Shown in pieces: positions 31,396-40,467 of a stretch of 64,000 nt of DNA; the stretch's first letter is position 1; every line of letters begins with the position of its first letter. Below the pieces are notes generated by a model that saw only the letters and a list, made by a program, of their open reading frames with translations, searched no databases and had not been told where the DNA came from. The translations under genes were made by a program, and so were the position numbers. Location of the stretch: contig CAXXDN010000002.1 in assembly GCA_963667465.2 (NCBI GenBank), positions 512,001-576,000 on the forward strand. Direction: 5' to 3'. The DNA comes from Dehalococcoidia bacterium. Its GTDB lineage: Bacteria; Chloroflexota; Dehalococcoidia; UBA2979.

Positions 31396-32595
31396 TCAGT
31401 CCTCGATGCGCGCGCGGCGGAGGCCGTCGCGCAGGCGCAATGCTACCGCCTCGCCGCGCTGCAGGGCCGCCGCCGAGGTTGCCAGCGTGCCGTCGGCGTG
31501 CTCGACGATGGCGTAGCCGCGCTCCAGCGTGGCCTGCGGCGAGAGCGCGCCGAGCCGCCCGGCGATCGCTGCCGTGCGCTCGCGCGCGAGGCCGAGGCGA
31601 TCGCCGAGGGCGCTCGCGGCCGCCGCCTCGTGCCACTCGATCGCGCGCCGCCATTCGGGGAGATCGGGCAGCGCGGCGTCGAGCGCCGCGCTCTGGCGGA
31701 CGGTGCGCTCGTGGGCGTCGCGCAGCAGGCGCGCCAGCCGGGTCTCGCCACGGCGCGAGATGGCGTCGATGCGCTGGGCGACCTCGCTGCGGTCGGGCGC
31801 GACCAGCTCGGCGGCGGCCGAGGGGGTGGGCGCGCGCAGGTCGGCGACGAGGTCGGCGAGCGTGGTGTCGGTCTCGTGGCCGACGGCGGAGACGACGGGC
31901 ACGGGCGATGCGAAGATCGCGCGGCCGACCGGCTCCTCGTTGAAGGCCTGCAGGTCCTCGGCGGCTCCACCGCCTCGCGCGAGAATGATCACGTCCGGCT
32001 GCTGCGTCGCCCGCTCGCCGAGGGCGCGCAGCGCCTCGGCGATCAGCGCGCCCGCGCCATCGCCCTGCACCTGCGTCGGCTGCACGATCACCTCGGCGAT
32101 CGGCCAGCGCCGGCCCAGCACGTCGAGCACGTCGTGCAGCACCGCGCCGGCGGCCGAGGTGACGACGCCGACGCGTTGCGGGAAGGCGGGCAGCGGGCGC
32201 TTGCGCTCCGGCGCCAGCAGCCCGTCCGCCTCGAACAGCGCACGCAGCCGCTCGAACTCCGCGGCCTGCGCCCCGGTGCCCTCGGGCTGCACGAACTCGA
32301 CGATGAAGGAGAGCTCGCCGCGCGGCTCGTAGACGGAGAGCGAGCCGTAGACGACGACCGAGGCGCCCTCGGCGAGCCGCTCTCGCTGGCCGATGTTGCG
32401 CTGACGGAAGAAGGCGCAGCGCAACCCGGCCCGGGCCTGCTCGTCGCTGAGCGTGAAGTAGATGTGCCCCGAGGAGGCCGCCGTGAGGTTGCGCACCTCG
32501 CCCGCGACCCAGATCTGCGAGAGGTGGCGGTTGGCCTCGATCAGCTCGCGCAGGTAGCGGGTGACCTGGCGAACCGGGTAGACCTCGGGAGGCAT
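31396..32595 (-). CDS. xseA: Exodeoxyribonuclease VII large subunit
   Basis: SGHIYFTL.D, GVVTS..GAV.HD, ARGGG..EDL..FNEE, SAVGHETD, RAPTPSAAAE, LERGYA. Confidence 0.97.
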   Translation of the reverse strand: MPPEVYPVRQVTRYLRELIEANRHLSQIWVAGEVRNLTAASSGHIYFTLSDEQARAGLRCAFFRQRNIGQRERLAEGASVVVYGSLSVYEPRGELSFIVEFVQPEGTGAQAAEFERLRALFEADGLLAPERKRPLPAFPQRVGVVTSAAGAVLHDVLDVLGRRWPIAEVIVQPTQVQGDGAGALIAEALRALGERATQQPDVIILARGGGAAEDLQAFNEEPVGRAIFASPVPVVSAVGHETDTTLADLVADLRAPTPSAAAELVAPDRSEVAQRIDAISRRGETRLARLLRDAHERTVRQSAALDAALPDLPEWRRAIEWHEAAAASALGDRLGLARERTAAIAGRLGALSPQATLERGYAIVEHADGTLATSAAALQRGEAVALRLRDGLRRARIED

Positions 32596-32617
32596 CGCGT
32601 GCGCCCTCGATGGCCCG

Positions 32618-33181
32618 CTAGGCGGTGGAGGTCCGCTCGAGGTACCCACTGCCCGAGGTGGAAACCTTGATCGTGTCGCCGCGGTTGATGAACAGCGGCA
32701 CGTCGACGACCAGACCGGTCTCCAGCGTCGCCTGCTTCGTCGCGCCGGTCGCGGTGTCGCCCTTCACGCCGGGTTCCGCCTCGGTGATGAGCAGGGTGAC
32801 GGCGGCGGGCAGCTCGACGCCGAGCGCCTCCTCGCCGTAGGTCAGCACCTGGACGATGTCGTTCTCCTTCAGGTAGGGGAGCTGGTCGTCGATCAGCGCG
32901 CGCGGTACGAGGATCTGGTCGTAGTTTTCGGTGTTCATGAACGTCAGCATCTCGCCGTCGGAGTAGAGGTACTGCATCGCGCGGCGCTCGACGCGCGCGG
33001 CGGTCAGCTTCTCGCCGGCGTTGAAGGTGCGCTCGATCTGGTGGCCGGCTCGCAGGTCGCGCAGCTTCACGCGGTAGACGGCCGACTTCTTGGTCTTGAT
33101 GTGGTGCGCCTCGACCACCTGGTAGAGCGTGCCGTCCACCTCGACGGTCGTCCCGCGCCGCAGATCGCCGCTTCCGATCAC
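32618..33181 (-). CDS. efp: Elongation factor P with a non-canonical tip loop
   Basis: GTG overlapping the upstream stop (GTGA); DLRRG, MQYLYSDG, FMNTENYDQ, PGVKGDTATG, LETG...VPLFI. Confidence 0.95.
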   Translation of the reverse strand: MIGSGDLRRGTTVEVDGTLYQVVEAHHIKTKKSAVYRVKLRDLRAGHQIERTFNAGEKLTAARVERRAMQYLYSDGEMLTFMNTENYDQILVPRALIDDQLPYLKENDIVQVLTYGEEALGVELPAAVTLLITEAEPGVKGDTATGATKQATLETGLVVDVPLFINRGDTIKVSTSGSGYLERTSTA

Positions 33182-34311
33182 GAGGCCACCCCCACTCCGA
33201 ACCCAACTGATGGTCGCACTTGCAGATCCAGTTTCGGCGCGCGCGACAGTACGCGCAGCCGTCCGTCCTCCATCACGCACTGATCCTCGATGCGCACGCC
33301 GCCCCAGCCGGGGAAGTAGGCGCCCGGCTCGACCGTCACGACGTGCCCGTCGGCCAGCACGTCGCCCGAGTCGGCCGCGAGCCGCGGCGCCTCGTGGACC
33401 TCGAGGCCGACACCGTGGCCGAGGCCGTGCGTGAAGGCCTCGCCGTAGCCGAACTCGCTGAGGACGGTCGCCGCGATCGCGTGCGCAGCGGCGCCGCTCA
33501 TGCCCGCCTCGATTCGCTCGACGGCCATCGTCTGGGCGGTCAGGACTGCATCGTACACCCGTGCGAAGCGCGCATCCGGCTCGCCGGCGAAGACGGTGCG
33601 CGTCAGGTCCGAGCAGTAGCCGTCGACGACCACGCCGAGGTCCATGACCACGCCCTGTCCGGCCTCGACGGCGACGTCGCGAGGGCGCGCGTGCGCCATC
33701 GAGCCGTGCGGTCCGGCGGCGATGATCGTCTCGAAGGAGAGGCGCTCGGCGCCGTGCTGCAGGGCGTGGCGCTGCACCTCCCACGCCAGTTCGCGCTCGC
33801 TGACGCCGGGCCGCAGTTGCGCGGCCGCGTGCGCGAACGCCTCGTCGCCGAGCCGCACCGCGCGTGTGATCGCCTCGAGCTCTCCGGCGTCCTTGATCGC
33901 GCGCAGCGGCTCGATGGCGTCTCGCAGCGGCGTGAGCTGCGGGCGGTCTGAGGGCGGAAGCGATTCGATCGCCTCGGCCCACTCGGCGTGCTCCGCGACC
34001 GTCATCTGCGCTGCCTCGATGGCGACGGCGTTGCCGCCGAGCCCGGCGAGGAGGTCCGCCGCGAACGAGTCGATCCGCCGCAGCGGGGCCGCGACGAGCG
34101 CGAAGGCGGGCGCCTGTCGCCGCGCCTGCTCGTGGTAGCGGCCATCGGTGGCGATGCGCGCGGCCTCGGAGCTCACGAGCAGCACACCGGCCGAGCCCGT
34201 GAAGCCGGAGAGCCAGCGGCGGTTCGCCGGCGTGGTCACCAGCAGCGCGTCGACCTCGAGCGTGTCGAGCCGCTCGCGCAGGCGCGCGAGGCGTGAGGGG
34301 GCAGCGCTCAC
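33178..34311 (-). CDS. Xaa-Pro aminopeptidase (M24 family)
   Basis: LSGFTGSAG, TDGRY, DLG...GYCSDLTRT, HGLGHGVGLEVHEAP, TVEPG.Y, GVRIED. Confidence 0.95.
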   Translation of the reverse strand: MSAAPSRLARLRERLDTLEVDALLVTTPANRRWLSGFTGSAGVLLVSSEAARIATDGRYHEQARRQAPAFALVAAPLRRIDSFAADLLAGLGGNAVAIEAAQMTVAEHAEWAEAIESLPPSDRPQLTPLRDAIEPLRAIKDAGELEAITRAVRLGDEAFAHAAAQLRPGVSERELAWEVQRHALQHGAERLSFETIIAAGPHGSMAHARPRDVAVEAGQGVVMDLGVVVDGYCSDLTRTVFAGEPDARFARVYDAVLTAQTMAVERIEAGMSGAAAHAIAATVLSEFGYGEAFTHGLGHGVGLEVHEAPRLAADSGDVLADGHVVTVEPGAYFPGWGGVRIEDQCVMEDGRLRVLSRAPKLDLQVRPSVGFGVGVAS

Positions 34312-34751
34312 TCGCCGGCGCCTTCGCTCAGCCGCGCGTGCAGCAGGTCGAGCGCGGCCAGGTAGCCACGGAAGCCGAAGCCGCTGATCAGGCCCCAGGC
34401 GTGAGGCGCGGTCAGCGACTGGCGGCGGATCTCCTCGCGCGCGTGGATGTTGCTCAGGTGCACCTCGACGACCGGGGGCTCGAAGGCGGCGAGCGCATCG
34501 GCGAGGGCGAGCGAGGTGTGGGTGTAGGCGGCGGCGTTGAGGATCACGCCGTCCCGATCGCGGTGCGCCTGGAGCAGGTCGACCAGCTCACCTTCGGAGT
34601 TGGACTGGGCGAACTCGATCGCGATGCCCAGCTCGGCAGCGCGCGCGCGGCACTGCTGCTCGAGGGTGGCAAGGGTGTCGCTGCCGTAAATCTCCGGCTC
34701 GCGCTCGCCGAGGAGATTGAGGTTTGGGCCGTTGAGAATCAGCACGCGCAT
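34308..34751 (-). CDS. aroQ: Type II 3-dehydroquinate dehydratase
   Basis: LNGPNLNLLGEREPEIYG, QSNSEG, NAAAYTHTS, EVHLSNIHARE..R. Confidence 0.98.
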   Translation of the reverse strand: MRVLILNGPNLNLLGEREPEIYGSDTLATLEQQCRARAAELGIAIEFAQSNSEGELVDLLQAHRDRDGVILNAAAYTHTSLALADALAAFEPPVVEVHLSNIHAREEIRRQSLTAPHAWGLISGFGFRGYLAALDLLHARLSEGAGE

Positions 34752-34777
34752 GGCGGTCGGTTCCTTCAGTCGGTCCT

Positions 34778-35770
34778 TCAGCCGGTCTTCGCCTCGTTCG
34801 TTTCGCGGTCGCCGTCGCGCTCGACAGCGCGTGCGCGGGCCAGCGCCGCGGAGACGATCGCCTCCTTCCGGGAGCCGGTCACCGCGGTGTAGATCTGCGT
34901 CGTGTCCGCCGAGGCGTGCCCCAGCAGTTGCTGCACGATTCGCAGGTCGGCGCCCTCGTCCAGCATATGCGTCGCGAAACTGTGGCGCAGCAGGTGCGGA
35001 TGCACGCGCTGGCGCACGGACGCCGCCATCCCCGCCGAGCGCACCATCGACTGGATCGAGCGCGCCGAAAGCCGCCCGCCGGAGCGGTTGAGGAACAGCG
35101 CCGCCTCGGCGCCGCGCGCCAGTTGCGGGCGGCCTCGATCGAGATAGTCGCGCAGCGCGTCGCGCGCCGGCCGACCGAAGAGCGCGATGCGCTGGCGCTT
35201 GCCTTTGCCGGTGACGCGCACCTGCCGGTTCGCGAGATCGAGGTCGGAGCTGTCCAGCGCGGCGGCCTCGCTGACGCGCAGGCCCGCGCCGTAGAGCAGC
35301 TCCAGCAGCGCGCGGTCACGCAGCCCGGCGGGCGTGTCGTCCTGGGGAGCGGTCATCAGGTCGCCGGCTTCCTCGCCGGAGAGGATCTGCGGAAGGCGAT
35401 TCGGGGCCTTCGGTGAGCGCAGCCGCAGGATCGAGTCGCCGGGCTGCCCCGGCCGCAGCTCGCCCTCGCGATCGAGCCAGCCGTAGAACGCGCGGATCGT
35501 CGAGGCGATGCGCTTGACCGAGGCGGGCGCGCGGTGCTCGCCCTGCAGCAGCAGCCCCAGGTAGGTCCGCGCCTGCTCGCGTCCGGCCTCGTCGAACTCG
35601 ACCCCCGCGCCGGCGAGGTGCGAGAAGAAGCCGCCCAGGTCGTCGCGGTAGTTGCGGATCGTGCGCTCCGAGCGCTGTCTCACAAGCGCGAGCTCGCCGA
35701 GGTAGCGTTCGAGCGTCTCGAGGGCGCGAGCGTCTGGGGGCGGTGGTTCGGGGGTACGCGGCTCCGACAC
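34778..35770 (-). CDS. xerC: Tyrosine recombinase XerC/XerD
   Basis: RDRALLELLYGAGLRVSE, GKGKRQR, HPHLLRHSFATH, LLGHAS..TTQIY; housekeeping dprA-topA-xerC order. Confidence 0.9.
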   Translation of the reverse strand: MSEPRTPEPPPPDARALETLERYLGELALVRQRSERTIRNYRDDLGGFFSHLAGAGVEFDEAGREQARTYLGLLLQGEHRAPASVKRIASTIRAFYGWLDREGELRPGQPGDSILRLRSPKAPNRLPQILSGEEAGDLMTAPQDDTPAGLRDRALLELLYGAGLRVSEAAALDSSDLDLANRQVRVTGKGKRQRIALFGRPARDALRDYLDRGRPQLARGAEAALFLNRSGGRLSARSIQSMVRSAGMAASVRQRVHPHLLRHSFATHMLDEGADLRIVQQLLGHASADTTQIYTAVTGSRKEAIVSAALARARAVERDGDRETNEAKTG

Positions 35771-35834
35771 CGTCAGTCTCCGGTGTGCTCCGTAACCCCG
35801 CGCATCGAGCGTAGCACGACAGCCGGGCAGGAGA

Positions 35835-38555
35835 TCAGGCGGAGCGCCTCTTCGGCGAGCGTCCGCCGCGCCGCGCCCCGCCGCCGCGCCTGCCGCGCTG
35901 CTGCTTCGGCGCGCGCGGATCCTGGCCCTGCTCGCGCATGCGCTCCTCGCGGGCCGCGATCAGGCCGAGGGCCTCGTCGAGCGTGACTGTCGAGGGCTCC
36001 TGTCCCCGCCGCAAGGAGGCGTTGACCTGGCCGTCGGTGACGTACGGGCCGTAGCGCCCGTTGCGCAGTTCGATGCTCGCGCCGCTGTCCGGGTGCTGGC
36101 CGAGCACCGCGAGCGGCCCTGCCGCCGCGCCGCGGCCCCGGCGCTTCGGCTCCTTGAGCAGCTGTATCGACTCGTCGAACTCGATGGCGCGCAGGTGTTC
36201 GTGGTCGCGCAGGCTGCGGGTCTCCTTGCCGGCGCGGATGAACGGGCCGTAGCGCCCGTCCATGGCCGCGATCTCCTCGCCGCTCTCGGGGTGCTCGCCG
36301 AGGATCCGCGGGTAGGACAGCAGCTCGAACGCCTGGTCCGCCGTCAGGGTCTCGATGCTCATCTCGGGCCAGAGGCTGGCGCGCTTCGGCTTGCCCTTGT
36401 TGTCGTCGTTCTCGCCGACCTGCACGTAGGGCCCGTTCGGCCCGCTCTTGACGTAGATCGGCTTGCCGCTCTCGTCGTCGGTCGCCACGACGCGCCCGCC
36501 GCGGGCAGCCTCGGCCAGCAGCTCGAGGGCGCGCTCGATGGTCAGTTCGTCCGGCGCCTGGTCGTCGGGGATGGTGGCCCGCTGCTCGCCCTCGCCGGCC
36601 TCGAGGTAGGGACCGTAGCGCCCGACGCGCGCGGCGATCGTGCGCCCCTCGGCGTCCTCGCCAAGCGGGATGGTCGAGATCGCCCGCGCGTCGATCGCCT
36701 CCCAGCTGGAGTCGATACGCTGCTTGAGGCCCGCTGCCGCGAGGCCACTACCGGCCTCGCTGTCGTCGCCGAAGTAGAAGCGGTGCAGCCACGGCTCGCG
36801 CTCGAGCTCGCCTCCGGCGATGCGGTCGAGGTCGTCCTCCATCCGCGCCGTGAACTCGAGATCCACGAGGTCGCCGAAGTGCTGCTCCAGCAGCGCGACG
36901 ACGGCGAACGCGGTCAGCGTCGGCGTCAGCGCCGAGCCCTGCTTCCAGACGTAGCCGCGGTCCTGCACCGTCTGGATGATCGAGGCGTAGGTGGAGGGCC
37001 GCCCGATGCCGCGCTCCTCCAGCTCGCGCACGAGGCTGGCCTCAGTGTAGCGGGCGGGCGGTCGGGTTTCGTGGCCGCGCGCCTCGGCGGAGACGCCGCG
37101 CAGCGTCTGGCCCTCGGTGAGCGGCGGCAGGATGCGCTCCCGGTCGTCGAGGGCGGCGTCGGGGTCGTCCGAGCCCTCGACGTAGGCGCGCAGGTAGCCG
37201 GGGAAGTCGATCACCTTGCCGGAGACCGCGAACAGCGCCGCGCCGTGGTCGCCGGCGTCGGCGCGGAGGCGGACGTTCGTGGTCCGTCCGCGGGCGTTCT
37301 CCATCTGCGAGGCGACCGTGCGCTTCCAGATCAGGTCGTAGAGGCGCAGCTCGTCGGGGCGCAGCGCGCCGCGCAGGCTGTCCGGCGTGCGGAAGATGTC
37401 GCCGGCAGGGCGGATCGCCTCGTGCGCCTCCTGTGCGCCGCGCGAGCGCGTCCGGTAGCGGCGCGGCTGCTCGGGCACGTAGGCGTCTCCGTAGAGGTCG
37501 CGCGCCTGCCTGCGGGCGGCGTTGATCGCCTGCTCGGAGAGGTTCACCGAGTCCGTGCGCATGTAGGTGATGTAGCCGTTCTCGTAGAGGTTCTGCGCGG
37601 TGCGCATCGTGCGCTGCGCGGTGAAGCTCAGCTTGCGTCCCGCCTCCTGCTGGAGGCTCGAGGTGATGAACGGGGGCGACGGCCGCTGCGTGTAGGGCTG
37701 CTCGTCGACCTCGACGACCGTGTACTCCGCCGTCGCCACCGCGGTGGCGACGGCGCTCGCGCGCTCCTCGTCGAGCTGCACCACCGTGGCGCCCTCGCGG
37801 AGCTGCCCGGTCTCCGGGTCGAAGTCGCCCCCCCTCGCGAGCCGCTGCCCGCCGAGCTCGGCGAGGCGCGCGCCGAAGGGCTCCGAGGGCGGAACCTCCT
37901 GCTCGCTGCGCACCACCGAGCGGACGTCCCAGAACGAGGCGCTGGCGAAGCGCATGCGCTCACGCTCACGCGCGACGATCAGCCGGATCGCCGCCGACTG
38001 CACGCGCCCCGCCGAGAGGCGCGGCTGGATCTTCCGCCAGAGCACCGGCGAGACCTCGTAGCCGTAGAGGCGATCGAGGACGCGGCGCGCCTCCTGTGCG
38101 GAAACGAGGTGCTCGTCGATCTCGCGTGGGTTGCTGAGCGCCTCGGCGATCGCCCGCTCGGTGATCTCGTGGAAGACCATGCGGCGCACCGGCGCCTTCG
38201 GCTTGAGCACCTCGGCGAGGTGCCAGGCGATCGCCTCGCCCTCGCGGTCCTCGTCCGTGGCGAGGTAGAGCTCGCTCGCCTCGCGCGTCAGTTTGCGCAG
38301 CTTGCTGACCTGCTGCTTCTTGTCGGTCGGGATCTCGTAGCGCGGCTTGAAGCCGTCCTCGATGTCCACGGCGTCGTTGCCGGACGGCAGGTCGCGGATG
38401 TGCCCGATCGAGGACTCGACGACGTACTCGGGCCCGAGGAAGCCGGCGATCGTGCGCGCCTTGGCCGGCGACTCGACGATCACGAGGCGCGTGCCGCCGT
38501 TGCCGGTGGCGTCCGCTGCCTTGCGTCTGCGTCCGCGCGTCGGGCTGCTGGTCAA
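35835..38555 (-). CDS. topA: DNA topoisomerase I with GRYGPY-type C-terminal repeats
   Basis: IVESPAKA, ATDEDREGEAI, SAGRVQS, YITYMRTDS, AQEAHEAIRP, GIGRPSTY. Confidence 0.98.
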   Translation of the reverse strand: MTSSPTRGRRRKAADATGNGGTRLVIVESPAKARTIAGFLGPEYVVESSIGHIRDLPSGNDAVDIEDGFKPRYEIPTDKKQQVSKLRKLTREASELYLATDEDREGEAIAWHLAEVLKPKAPVRRMVFHEITERAIAEALSNPREIDEHLVSAQEARRVLDRLYGYEVSPVLWRKIQPRLSAGRVQSAAIRLIVARERERMRFASASFWDVRSVVRSEQEVPPSEPFGARLAELGGQRLARGGDFDPETGQLREGATVVQLDEERASAVATAVATAEYTVVEVDEQPYTQRPSPPFITSSLQQEAGRKLSFTAQRTMRTAQNLYENGYITYMRTDSVNLSEQAINAARRQARDLYGDAYVPEQPRRYRTRSRGAQEAHEAIRPAGDIFRTPDSLRGALRPDELRLYDLIWKRTVASQMENARGRTTNVRLRADAGDHGAALFAVSGKVIDFPGYLRAYVEGSDDPDAALDDRERILPPLTEGQTLRGVSAEARGHETRPPARYTEASLVRELEERGIGRPSTYASIIQTVQDRGYVWKQGSALTPTLTAFAVVALLEQHFGDLVDLEFTARMEDDLDRIAGGELEREPWLHRFYFGDDSEAGSGLAAAGLKQRIDSSWEAIDARAISTIPLGEDAEGRTIAARVGRYGPYLEAGEGEQRATIPDDQAPDELTIERALELLAEAARGGRVVATDDESGKPIYVKSGPNGPYVQVGENDDNKGKPKRASLWPEMSIETLTADQAFELLSYPRILGEHPESGEEIAAMDGRYGPFIRAGKETRSLRDHEHLRAIEFDESIQLLKEPKRRGRGAAAGPLAVLGQHPDSGASIELRNGRYGPYVTDGQVNASLRRGQEPSTVTLDEALGLIAAREERMREQGQDPRAPKQQRGRRGGGARRGGRSPKRRSA

Positions 38556-39709
38556 GGCGTTGTCTCCTGCTTCGGTGGAGTCGATCCGGCTTCGTACGCG
38601 GGGGCTGGTTCGCGCACCCGGACGTATTGCATGCCGCCCAGATCGCGCACCTGCCCCTTGAGTTCAAGCAATGCGAGCGTAGCCGAGACCCGGGCTGCGG
38701 CCAAACCGCTATCGCGCACGACCTCGTCGACGTGCCTCGGTTCGCGGGTGAGCACCTCCATCAAGGCGCGCTCATCCTCGCTCGCCGGGGGCGCGGTGCG
38801 ACCGAAGTCCATCTGCGCGCCGATCATCGTCAGATTCAGCGCTTCGAGGACGTGCTCGACGCTCGCGACCGGCGTCGCGCCGTCGCGGATCAGCGAGAGC
38901 GGCCCGCGTGATTGCGGCGCGAAGATCGAGCCTGGTACCGCGAACACCTCGCGGTTCTGCTCGCCGGCGAAGCGCGCGGTGATCATCGCCCCGCTCTTCA
39001 CGTCGCCCTCGACGACGAGCGTGCCGAGGGCGACGCCGGACATGATGCGGTTGCGGCGTGGGAAGAACTCGGCGCGCGGCTTGGTGCCCAGCGGGTAGTC
39101 GCTGATCAGCGCGCCCGCCTCGGCGATCTCGCTCGCCAGGCCGCGGTTCTCCGGCGGGTAGACCGTGTCCAGGCCGTTCGCCAGCACGGCGATCGTGCGC
39201 CCGCCGGCGTCCAGCGCCGCACGGTGCGCGATCGTGTCGATGCCGCGCGCGAGGCCGGAGACGACCGTTACGCCGTTCGTGGCGAGGTCGCGCGCGAACT
39301 CACCGGCGGCTTGCCGCCCGTAGGCCGTCGCGCGTCGCGTGCCGACGAGCGCAAGCGCCCACTCGTCCTGCGGCGTCAGCGTACCGTGCACGTAGATGAC
39401 CGGCGGCGGGTCGGCGATCTCGCGCAGCCGCGAGGGGTAGGCCGAGTGGAAGCGCGGGATAGGCCGCACGCCCGCCTCCTCGAGGCGCTCCAGTTCCCGC
39501 TGCGGATCGATCTCCGGCCTCCGCGCGATCACGAGGTCCACCGTCGCCGCGTCCAGCCCGGCCGCGCGGAGCGCCGCGCCGTCGGCCTTCCACGCCTCCT
39601 CGAGCGAGGGGAACGCCCGCTCGAGCAGCCCGAAGCGCACGGAGCCGAGGCGGGAGATGCGGTGGAAGGCGACCCACCACGCCAGACCATTTGTTCTCAC
39701 ATCGTCCAT
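38552..39709 (-). CDS. dprA: DNA-processing protein DprA
   Basis: VGTRRAT.YG, VSGLARGID, FPRRNRIMSG, SGAMITA, REVFAVPG, C-terminal wHTH. Confidence 0.97.
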   Translation of the reverse strand: MDDVRTNGLAWWVAFHRISRLGSVRFGLLERAFPSLEEAWKADGAALRAAGLDAATVDLVIARRPEIDPQRELERLEEAGVRPIPRFHSAYPSRLREIADPPPVIYVHGTLTPQDEWALALVGTRRATAYGRQAAGEFARDLATNGVTVVSGLARGIDTIAHRAALDAGGRTIAVLANGLDTVYPPENRGLASEIAEAGALISDYPLGTKPRAEFFPRRNRIMSGVALGTLVVEGDVKSGAMITARFAGEQNREVFAVPGSIFAPQSRGPLSLIRDGATPVASVEHVLEALNLTMIGAQMDFGRTAPPASEDERALMEVLTREPRHVDEVVRDSGLAAARVSATLALLELKGQVRDLGGMQYVRVREPAPAYEAGSTPPKQETTP

Positions 39710-39768
39710 GAGCACAGCCTACCAGCCGTTGGCAAGGGGGCAAGTCTTGAGAGGCCGATGTTGGCCCG

Positions 39769-40182
39769 CTATGCCTCGCTGTTCACCGTGAGGCCGGGAA
39801 TGTCGCTGAAGTCCCGGCGGTTGTGCGTCACGACGGGGCACTGGAGCCACAGCGCCGTCGCCGCGATCCACGCATCGGCAGTCTCGATCTCGCGCCCGAT
39901 GCGACGCCGATGCGCGCGCAACTGAGCGAATCGCTCTGCCATCTGAAGGTGGAACGGAGCCACTGCATAACGGCGCACCTCGCGACGGAGTCGGTCCAGG
40001 CGCGTGTCGCCCCAGCCTCGCTGATATGCGCCTTGTAGCAATTCGGCAACGGTCTGAAACGAGAGCACCGCGACGCGCCCTTCGACATGCGCGCGATAGC
40101 GGTCGGCGAGTGGGTGCGCATGGAAGATGTACGAGAAGACGTCGGTGTCGACGAGGACTGGGGTAGGCGCTGGCTGTACTAC
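39769..40182 (-). pseudogene. PIN-domain toxin (VapC-like) without a canonical start codon
   Basis: Frame reads *WESPVVQPAPTPVLVDTDVFS...TVAELL...ADAWIAATA...VTHNRRDF; no ATG/GTG/TTG between the in-frame TGA (40197-95) and the catalytic DTD. Confidence 0.7.
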
Positions 40183-40391
40183 TGGAGACTCCCATCACCG
40201 AAGATCGCATCGAGGAACGCCTCGACATCCTCTGGATCTTCGATGTCCGATGGGTCCGGGAAGGTGTAGGGGGCTACCCCTGACTGCCGAGTGAACTCGT
40301 CCGGAGCCGGCGAATGCCAGAATGAGTCGTCCGGGATTGCCGGCTCGGCCGCTTCAGCGTCCAGGACCTGTGCGTTGCGCCTGCTGCTCAC
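40179..40391 (-). CDS. Putative antitoxin (acidic, 70 aa)
   Basis: SD GGGAG; immediately upstream of the PIN frame; acidic C-terminus EDVEAFLDAIFG. Confidence 0.65.
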   Translation of the reverse strand: MSSRRNAQVLDAEAAEPAIPDDSFWHSPAPDEFTRQSGVAPYTFPDPSDIEDPEDVEAFLDAIFGDGSLQ

Positions 40392-40467
40392 CGGTCAAGT
40401 CTCCCGCTGCGAGTTGCTCTGCGCATCCAGTCTACCGGACTGCCTGCGGGTGTGAACCGACCTCCGC

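Noticed and set aside
34778-35770. Prophage or island integrase
   Set aside because: It is Xer-type, in the housekeeping dprA-topA-xerC order, with no att sites or cargo.
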